Below, piece by piece: positions 8,160-14,822 of a stretch of 14,822 nt of DNA. The translations under genes and the position numbers were made by a program. Each line of letters begins with the position of its first letter. Within the stretch, counting starts at the first letter, position 1. Below the pieces are notes generated by a model that was not told the origin of the DNA, searched no databases, and saw only the letters and a program-made list of their open reading frames with translations. Source of the stretch: Promethearchaeia archaeon (GTDB lineage: Archaea > Asgardarchaeota > Lokiarchaeia > Sigyniarchaeales > SOKP01); the NCBI GenBank assembly GCA_029856125.1, contig JAHQWJ010000142.1, positions 1 through 14,822 of the forward strand. The letters run 5' to 3'.

Positions 8160-9365
8160 ATGATTCAAGAAGTGCAAAAAGATCAAACTCTTTTAGTAAA
8201 AGGACCTTCGAGAGTTACTTTATTAGAAGGAAAGGTTGAAGTGTTTGGAAAGGAATTTTCACCTAAGAAAAGCGAGGCAGAAAATACCCTTATTGTACCC
8301 AGTGCTACTAGTTTTCCATTATTCGCACTGGAAGCATCAAAATTAGAGATTTTTACGAATAGTAGCGAAAATATAGAAATAGTAGAAGAAAACACCATTT
8401 CCAAAGAATGGGTTAAAATTAAGGATTCTGTTATAAACGCAATTAAGAAAAATGGGGGAAAAAAACCACTAAAACTGATGGTTTTAGGCTTGAGTAATGG
8501 TAAAACGAGCCTTATCAAATATCTTGCAAATAATATTCTTAAAGAAGGATTTAAAGCAGGTTTTCTGGATTCTGATTTAGGACAACAGCTGCTATACCTT
8601 CCCACAACTCTTAATATTGGAGAAATTAATAAGGACATCGTTTCGAGCGGTGAAATTGATGTTGAAGAAACAGTATTTATTGGAAGTACTTTCCCAAAAG
8701 CAAATTTCAAATTTATTATAGCACATTCTTGTAGCGAATTAATAAATAGATTTTTATCAAAGCACGAAGATACAGATATCGTTCTTATTGATAGCGACGG
8801 ATGGATAAAAACTGAAGCAGGAGTAATATATAAGAACTTTTTCATAAACACCATAGATCCGGATCTTTTAATAGTATTTCATGATGATAATATTGAAGAA
8901 TTAGAAGAAATTGAAAAGAATGCATCTAAATCGAAGAAAAGAACAATATTCTATTTAAAGGAAGAAAATAAATATTTCTTCGAAAAAGATAAGGAAGAAA
9001 GAAGGTTTATACGCCAGAGTCAATTTGCAAAAGTTTTAGAAAATTTTAGAAAAATATCGATACCCTTAGAGGGAATTAAATTCATTAAAGCGGGTTATAA
9101 CCAGGAGGAAGATAAAGTCACAGAAGAAGAAATCGATATCAATGATTTAAGAACCCTCCCTTATCATTATGTAATTTCTGCGCTATTAACAGAAGATTCG
9201 AAGCTTATTCGAATATGTTTACTTTTCGTAATTAATTTGGAGAAAAATTACATTCTCCTTTTTTCGGATTTAAATTTTAAAGAGCAGAGTAGCATAAGAA
9301 AAATCTTACTAGGTAGTCTAAGATTAAGTATAAAAGGAAATCACCAAGGTTATCTTTATTTATAA
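8160..9365 (+). CDS. Clp1/Nol9(Grc3)-like polynucleotide 5'-hydroxyl kinase with an atypical P-loop
   Basis: N-terminal LLVKGPSRVTLLEGKVEVFG beta domain, GLSNGKT, DSDLGQ, IDSDGW and lid ERRFIR. Likely start ATG 8160; the frame is open from TTG 8148. Confidence 0.85.
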   Translation: MIQEVQKDQTLLVKGPSRVTLLEGKVEVFGKEFSPKKSEAENTLIVPSATSFPLFALEASKLEIFTNSSENIEIVEENTISKEWVKIKDSVINAIKKNGGKKPLKLMVLGLSNGKTSLIKYLANNILKEGFKAGFLDSDLGQQLLYLPTTLNIGEINKDIVSSGEIDVEETVFIGSTFPKANFKFIIAHSCSELINRFLSKHEDTDIVLIDSDGWIKTEAGVIYKNFFINTIDPDLLIVFHDDNIEELEEIEKNASKSKKRTIFYLKEENKYFFEKDKEERRFIRQSQFAKVLENFRKISIPLEGIKFIKAGYNQEEDKVTEEEIDINDLRTLPYHYVISALLTEDSKLIRICLLFVINLEKNYILLFSDLNFKEQSSIRKILLGSLRLSIKGNHQGYLYL

Positions 9366-9432
9366 TTGTTATCTTTAAAAGTATAATACGATTAATTGAA
9401 ATTGGACCATCCATATTTTAAATCACGATTGA

Positions 9433-10881
9433 GTGATGTATTTGGGAGAGAATTTACTAACCAAATTCCTTAAATTAATGTCAAAAGATATCACTGAGTC
9501 TGATTTAGAACTTATTTCGTTAGGCAGGTCGCTAGGTCTCGACTTAATTTCTTTTGCTGAACTTCGTTCGTCTCAGGATAATAACTTTATAGATCGAATT
9601 AGAGAAAAAGCTTTGATAAAATTAGCTAAACATGGGGATAATGTTCTAGTTAAGAACGACACGTTTTATGCGGGTAGTATTGATTTTATGGTGTGTGATG
9701 GGCCTAAAGGTAAGAGCTTTTTTCTTCTCGAGACAAATGGAGGTTCTAATCGAGGGCTGTCTATTCTTACTAACAAACAACAAAATCTAATGTATAATGG
9801 GTACTTTCAAGCAATTAGTCAGGCAATAGAAAAATCTAAAGGAAATAACGAAAAAGTATTGGTGCTAGTAGGCGTCCCCGTAAACGACGCTTTAATCCAT
9901 GAAAAAGTAATTATGGTTGAATTTTTTAGGAAAAAAATTAAATCGATGGGTTATTCACTTAAGATTTTTAATTCCGATAGTTATGCTAAGGAATATAAGG
10001 CAGAAATTGTGTTTTTAATAGCGGATTATAAAGAATTGGATAAAACGTTAACATTTTCTAATGGATGGATTAAATATTTAGGCGAAAAAGTTAATGTTTT
10101 GATTGGAGATGGTATAGCGAGACGTCTACACGACGAGGATTTTGTTAATCTAAGTCAAAAAGATTTTTGCAGAATAAATACAATAATTGTAAATCCAATT
10201 TTCAAAATTACTGATAATAAATCTCTCACATATTTAGCAAGTTTTTACAATAAAAATCTCCTTAAAAAGTTTAATCTAAAATATTTACTCTTCACAAAAG
10301 CTAATAACGAGGAGGAATTAAAACAAAAAATAAACTATTTAATAAAAAATTACAAAAAATCTTTTATCATTAAACCTATGGGTGGATCTGGAGGAGCAGG
10401 AGTAATTCCAATCTTAAAGAATGAAAAACCTCAAAGAATTAAACACATTATAGAAGAAAGTAAAAGAGAGTTCTTTGCAAAATTTATGAATAATCGTAAT
10501 CCATATCCCTATACAATTCAAGAGATGGCTGACTTTAATACGATCATGTGGAAGGGCGGAAAGCACACTTATGATATAAGACTCTATTTAGCCCAAAAAG
10601 AAGGGCTTATAATCCCCGTTGGAGGCCTAGCAAGAATTGCTAGAGGGGTATATAAAGGCTCTTTAAAGAAAGAAGAATTTGTGGTAAATTTATCTGGTTT
10701 CGATGGTCAAATTGAAGTTGAGCGAGGTATTGGATTCTCACAGAAAAATAGTATACTATTAAATTTGTCTATAGATGATTTTGTTAATATGTCTTGCATT
10801 GGATGTACCTTATTCGCTAAGATATGTAAAAATTACCAACAATTAATTAATTTCTCGGATTGGGATAAAATTATTGGTTAG
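9433..10881 (+). CDS. Circularly permuted ATP-grasp amide/peptide ligase (type 2-like)
   Basis: The metal-binding SIDF...FLLETN segment is N-terminal. IIKPMGGSGGAGV, IQE, DIRLY and VGGLARIA...VVNLS are C-terminal, which is the permuted motif order. Start uncertain (9433, 9436 or 9478). Confidence 0.8.
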   Translation: MMYLGENLLTKFLKLMSKDITESDLELISLGRSLGLDLISFAELRSSQDNNFIDRIREKALIKLAKHGDNVLVKNDTFYAGSIDFMVCDGPKGKSFFLLETNGGSNRGLSILTNKQQNLMYNGYFQAISQAIEKSKGNNEKVLVLVGVPVNDALIHEKVIMVEFFRKKIKSMGYSLKIFNSDSYAKEYKAEIVFLIADYKELDKTLTFSNGWIKYLGEKVNVLIGDGIARRLHDEDFVNLSQKDFCRINTIIVNPIFKITDNKSLTYLASFYNKNLLKKFNLKYLLFTKANNEEELKQKINYLIKNYKKSFIIKPMGGSGGAGVIPILKNEKPQRIKHIIEESKREFFAKFMNNRNPYPYTIQEMADFNTIMWKGGKHTYDIRLYLAQKEGLIIPVGGLARIARGVYKGSLKKEEFVVNLSGFDGQIEVERGIGFSQKNSILLNLSIDDFVNMSCIGCTLFAKICKNYQQLINFSDWDKIIG

Positions 10882-11003
10882 AACAAGCGTTTATCTTAAA
10901 ATGTTCTAGAAGTGTTGAATGCTTTCTGGGGACACTTACCTTTTCTTAAAACTTATTGGTTTTTCAGAAATATTACTATAAGCAGTAAATAACACTTATT
11001 ATT

Positions 11004-11177
11004 TTATACTATTAAAAACTCTTTCTCATTGAGATTTTTCTCGCTTAAACAATCCTTATGATAATAAAAAGTTTCATTACCACAAAATTTCCCGTTTATT
11101 AAATTTCCTAAAGTTATTTTGAAGTGTGAATTTAACTTTTGAAGTTTAATTTCTTCTCTACAAATAGGACAAATCAT
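11004..11177 (-). CDS. Small zinc-finger protein (C-x2-C-x33-H-x2-C), absent from the ORF track
   Basis: Manual translation from ATG 11177 to TAA 11006-11004: MICPICREEIKLQKLNSHFKITLGNLINGKFCGNETFYYHKDCLSEKNLNEKEFLIV* (57 aa). It sits in otherwise empty sequence. Confidence 0.8.
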   Translation of the reverse strand: MICPICREEIKLQKLNSHFKITLGNLINGKFCGNETFYYHKDCLSEKNLNEKEFLIV

Positions 11178-11261
11178 TAAAATTCAATATATATATTTTA
11201 AATTAAATTAAAAATGAAATATTTAAAGTTAACAATTTTAAAATTCTAACTTAAAATTGAG

Positions 11262-12263
11262 CTAAGAGTTAAAGAATTTTAGAGAAGCTGAAACTAAGAG
11301 CAATTCATTTTTCTTTTGAGTATGACCGCCTTTTTTAAGGATTAATGTATTTTTTTCTGTGATACCAAGTAGTGTAACATTTTCTTTGAAATTTTTAAAC
11401 TTAATGATTTTGTCATTTTTAGCATGAATAAGGAACACCCTTTGAGAGTATTTCTCCCATTCTTCATCCGAAATTAAGCTCTTAAATTGTTCAATAACAA
11501 TGTATGGTGAAAGTTCTTCATTTTCTTTTTTATTTGGAAACAATTTAACTCCCTTCATTAAATAGCTAAGCATTACAATTATATTATATTTTGGTAGATT
11601 TTGTTTATAATAAGACATAGACGATATAGCAATAATTTTCTTTATGTTTTCACTTGAAAACCCACCACATAGGACAGTAATAGCTCCGATACTGAATCCA
11701 ACGGAATAAATTTTATAAGATTTTAGCTCGTTATTATTTTCAATCCAACTAACTATTTTTTTGAAATCATCTATTCTTTTTATAAACTGGTTCCTTTTTC
11801 CAACTTTTTTAGATTCTCCAGTACCTCGTGCATCATATACGAGAATAGTATATCCCTGATAAGCTAAAGGCAAATAATAATATTCGAGCGTTTCTTTTTT
11901 ATCTGAAAATCCATGACTCACAATTACAACAGTATCATTTAACCGATCTTTATTATTTTCATCAAATGATATTAGGAGCCCTCTTAGATATTCGCTTTTT
12001 CCTTTTTTGCTTTGATCAACCTTGATTTTTATGTTAGATATTTTCAAGTTATTATGCTTGATTGAAATCCAACGATCAAAATAAATATCCCTAAAGCTCC
12101 AATATATCTCAAATGGTGTGTAAATTATTAGAAAAGTCGTAGTTGACAAAAGAAAACACGTATAAAAAGGATTCCCCCACGAGGCATTTACATCCCAGAT
12201 ATATGCACTAAATAAAAGATCAAAAAAGATAAGTATAACACGTTTGTGATTTTTAGAAAGCAT
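11262..12263 (-). CDS. Membrane-anchored alpha/beta hydrolase
   Basis: Two N-terminal hydrophobic segments. HGF oxyanion loop, YDARGTGES, nucleophile elbow GFSIG, acid in HAKNDKII and His in GGH. Confidence 0.9.
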   Translation of the reverse strand: MLSKNHKRVILIFFDLLFSAYIWDVNASWGNPFYTCFLLSTTTFLIIYTPFEIYWSFRDIYFDRWISIKHNNLKISNIKIKVDQSKKGKSEYLRGLLISFDENNKDRLNDTVVIVSHGFSDKKETLEYYYLPLAYQGYTILVYDARGTGESKKVGKRNQFIKRIDDFKKIVSWIENNNELKSYKIYSVGFSIGAITVLCGGFSSENIKKIIAISSMSYYKQNLPKYNIIVMLSYLMKGVKLFPNKKENEELSPYIVIEQFKSLISDEEWEKYSQRVFLIHAKNDKIIKFKNFKENVTLLGITEKNTLILKKGGHTQKKNELLLVSASLKFFNS

Positions 12264-12322
12264 TTTTACATGTAAACATAGTAAAATTTAAATAAAAAAT
12301 AAGAGGATATAATTTAGGTTAA

Positions 12323-12640
12323 TTATGGCTTGTTAGGTTTTGGACAACCGTGATCGTGGGCTATTTTACATCCAGGTATACTTTTTAAACCCGGACAAGG
12401 GTCGCATTTAACTTTTCTTAGCATTGTTACTACTGCATCGACTTCCATCCCGAATTCTTCGTCTTCAGTTTCATCTGCTAACATTTCGTCTTCAATTTCG
12501 CTCAAATCGTAAATGACATCCTCTTCGAGATTATCCTCTTCATCGTATAAATCTAAAATTTCATCTCCATCTTCATCAACTTTCCCTACTGGAACATCTT
12601 CTGCTTCAGTTTCATCTGGTATTTTCTTTTTTTTGGCCAT
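12323..12640 (-). CDS. Hypothetical hyper-acidic protein with C-terminal Cys/His cluster
   Basis: Likely start ATG 12640 (MAKKKK), 105 aa. 31 of residues 9-68 are Asp or Glu. Tail is CDPC-x8-C-x3-H-x-H-x-C. Confidence 0.8.
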   Translation of the reverse strand: MAKKKKIPDETEAEDVPVGKVDEDGDEILDLYDEEDNLEEDVIYDLSEIEDEMLADETEDEEFGMEVDAVVTMLRKVKCDPCPGLKSIPGCKIAHDHGCPKPNKP

Positions 12641-12766
12641 TGATATCACGATTAATATTGTTTTATATTGTAATATTATTATAAAAATGAATGGTTAATA
12701 TAAAATTTAGATTTTATTGTTTTTTTTTTAAAAGTAAAAATCCGATATTAAATCAAAATAGAAATT

Positions 12767-12780
12767 CGAATTTAAATTCG
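12767..12780. repeat. Perfect 14-bp palindrome CGAATTTAAATTCG
   Basis: Self-complementary; lies between the methyltransferase stop and the acidic-protein gene. Confidence 0.7.
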
Positions 12781-12804
12781 TAGCATTTTTTCTGATAATA
12801 GCTA

Positions 12805-14822
12805 TTAATAATATTTGTAATTATTGATCTCATACATAAGATCCAAATTACCACTTAATATTTTAGAACAAGAATAAATTTGGTCAATGTTGTCTCTTAA
12901 TTCTTTATTCGTATAGGTAACATATTTGAGTAAATCAAATCGAGGATAGAAAAATTTAAACTTAATATTAGGTAACAAATTACCAGATTTCAATAATTTA
13001 TTAAGTTCAATGCCTTCCTCGGAACGTATATACAATTGGTAAACTAATGAATTAGATAGTTTCTTGAAAAATTCTAATAAATTACTGATATTTTTTGAGT
13101 TTATTTCATTTTTGAACGAGGTGTTTGATTCTTGGACAATAAAAAATACCAATTGGGATAAAAATTGGTTTATTCTACCGATTTTTGATAAAATTAGAGG
13201 AAAGTTTTCGGGCATTGGAAGAGTTTTCATAAAGCTTCCGTTATATCTAAGGTATTTTCCTGACATATGTAATGTCCCGTACAACGAATTGAAAACTTGA
13301 TTAATGATATCTGAATTCAATATCGATAACAAACAAAAATAATCGTCTGTTTTGTATGATGGTACCTTCAAAAAATACAACCCCGTTAAATTAACAAAAA
13401 TACCTGGATCGTATACACACGTAATTTCTTTTGATATTTCTCTAAAAATTAACTTTTCACTTGAGAGTTTGCTCCATATTTCTTTGTATTCTGGTTGGTA
13501 ACTAAAGTAAGATATCTCTTCATCGACTTTGGCAATCTTGATTCGCTTGTTAAAATTAATGAAATATTTTCCTACATTTCCAGTCCCCAATAAAAGGAGA
13601 TCCTTATCAGATGCTTTAAACTTATTCATATATTTAAAGTTTTCTGCCCATTTAATAAATCCAAATGGCCGGTATAGAATATTAAGGTCCTTTATTGCAT
13701 TTGATAAAGGCTTAAAGTTAGAATAAAGGTAATTAATTAAATTGGTATTAGAATTTAATGGAATTATAAAAGAAGGTAAAGAATAGACAATACTTTGGGG
13801 AAATTTAATTATTTCATTGCTGTAAAGGTGTTTAAAATCGTCAATATTGTCATAATTTTTAATAACAATGGTATTTTTAGTATTGACAGTTTTTTTGCAC
13901 GATAGAATTATGGGATAGGCTGCCGTGTTTTTAAATATTGGCAATGAAGATATATTTATTATTTCCTTAATCTCCGTTTCTCGTAATAATAATTCTCTTA
14001 TTTTTAAGCCATATTCTGCTGAGAGAAATTTATTTGTGGTTAAAAAGGAAAGACAACCGATTCCATTTTTTAGAATTTTTAAAGATTTTTCGATAAAAAC
14101 TACGCTTAAATCATATAATCTATAAGCAGACTCAAAAAATTTTTTTATTTCTTCCTTAAATTCTTTATCAACAATCTTTTTATTTTCTACATAGGGGGGG
14201 TTACCAATAATAATATCAAAATTTTTAATATCAAACTCGATCAAATAATCCATGTTAAAAAGATTAAAGTTTAGATCGACAGTATCGATAAAATCTTCAA
14301 TTTCTCTCAAACTTGGTTGAATATCTTTATTTTTATTAAGGATATTCTCGTTTTTCGAATAAAACCATTTTATTAACATTAATTTTGACATCAATATAGA
14401 TGTTTTATCGATATCAATTCCGAATATATGATTCTGAATAATTTTCTTCTTAAGATCGAAAGGATTTTGTTCCGGTTCGCATATATTATAAAAATTGAAA
14501 AGCAAATTGGCAGCAGCAATTAGAAATCTTCCCGTTCCGCAAGCAGGATCTAAAATTTTAATATCCTTTAGCTTTGTTTTAAGCTCATCTTTAAGATTTT
14601 TATGCTCTATAAAAAACTTTGAAAGGCTTAGAGTAGTATTAAAACTCTCACCTGTTACTAATATTTTTGAAATATCGCTAACAAAGATTCTAAAAATATT
14701 TAATACCATTAGATCAGCAATCGGTTGAGGTGTATATATTACCCCTCGATTGCGGGTATTGATTTTTTCAGTAATTCTTTTTTCTTCGAAATTCTTAATT
14801 ACCGATTCTAAGGTAAAAGTAG
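12805..14822 (-). CDS. N6-adenine DNA methyltransferase, gamma class (Eco57I/TaqI-like), 5' end outside the window
   Basis: Motif I ILDPACGTGRF, FGIDID, motif IV IIGNPPY and a TaqI_C-like TRD (KLIFREI, LLSILNS). The frame stays open from 14709 to the window edge and contains motif X (RNRGVIYTPQPIADLMV), so 14709 is not the start. Confidence 0.93.
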   Translation of the reverse strand, partial: TFTLESVIKNFEEKRITEKINTRNRGVIYTPQPIADLMVLNIFRIFVSDISKILVTGESFNTTLSLSKFFIEHKNLKDELKTKLKDIKILDPACGTGRFLIAAANLLFNFYNICEPEQNPFDLKKKIIQNHIFGIDIDKTSILMSKLMLIKWFYSKNENILNKNKDIQPSLREIEDFIDTVDLNFNLFNMDYLIEFDIKNFDIIIGNPPYVENKKIVDKEFKEEIKKFFESAYRLYDLSVVFIEKSLKILKNGIGCLSFLTTNKFLSAEYGLKIRELLLRETEIKEIINISSLPIFKNTAAYPIILSCKKTVNTKNTIVIKNYDNIDDFKHLYSNEIIKFPQSIVYSLPSFIIPLNSNTNLINYLYSNFKPLSNAIKDLNILYRPFGFIKWAENFKYMNKFKASDKDLLLLGTGNVGKYFINFNKRIKIAKVDEEISYFSYQPEYKEIWSKLSSEKLIFREISKEITCVYDPGIFVNLTGLYFLKVPSYKTDDYFCLLSILNSDIINQVFNSLYGTLHMSGKYLRYNGSFMKTLPMPENFPLILSKIGRINQFLSQLVFFIVQESNTSFKNEINSKNISNLLEFFKKLSNSLVYQLYIRSEEGIELNKLLKSGNLLPNIKFKFFYPRFDLLKYVTYTNKELRDNIDQIYSCSKILSGNLDLMYEINNYKYY

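Noticed and set aside
6717-8854. Antisense ORFs 6717-6902, 7418-7693 and 8183-8854
   Set aside because: Opposite-strand shadows of better-supported genes, with composition typical of reverse frames.
10879-11003. SECIS element / selenoprotein read-through
   Set aside because: The flanking genes end in TAG or TAA with no in-frame TGA, and the hairpins lack convincing SECIS geometry.
12323-12640. LysW amino-group carrier for the ATP-grasp enzyme
   Set aside because: No C-terminal EDWGE. The Cys cluster is C-terminal and the ligase is permuted, unlike LysX.
12513-14728. Plus-strand ORFs 12513-12698, 13064-13300, 13529-13726, 13925-14125 and 14495-14728
   Set aside because: Shadows of the acidic-protein and methyltransferase genes. 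The Ser-rich one is simply the reverse complement of Asp/Glu codons.

Overview
AT-rich archaeal chromosomal window. Protein style and gene content suggest Asgard/Lokiarchaeia, but that is inference only. The left part is housekeeping: the 3' end of a probable glyA, a truncated rpo3(rpoD)-rpl18e-rpl13-rps9 cluster, divergent aroA/aroC and a Gfo/Idh/MocA oxidoreductase. The right part is poorly characterised: a small helical protein, a Mut7-C RNase, an FmdE-family protein, a Clp1/Nol9-like polynucleotide kinase with a shortened P-loop, and a circularly permuted ATP-grasp ligase lacking its usual partner genes. Facing these on the minus strand are an N6-adenine DNA methyltransferase (runs off the window), a hyper-acidic Cys-tailed protein, a membrane-anchored alpha/beta hydrolase and a 57-aa CxxC...HxxC zinc-finger gene missed by the ORF track. 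No rRNA, tRNA, CRISPR array or transposase was seen.
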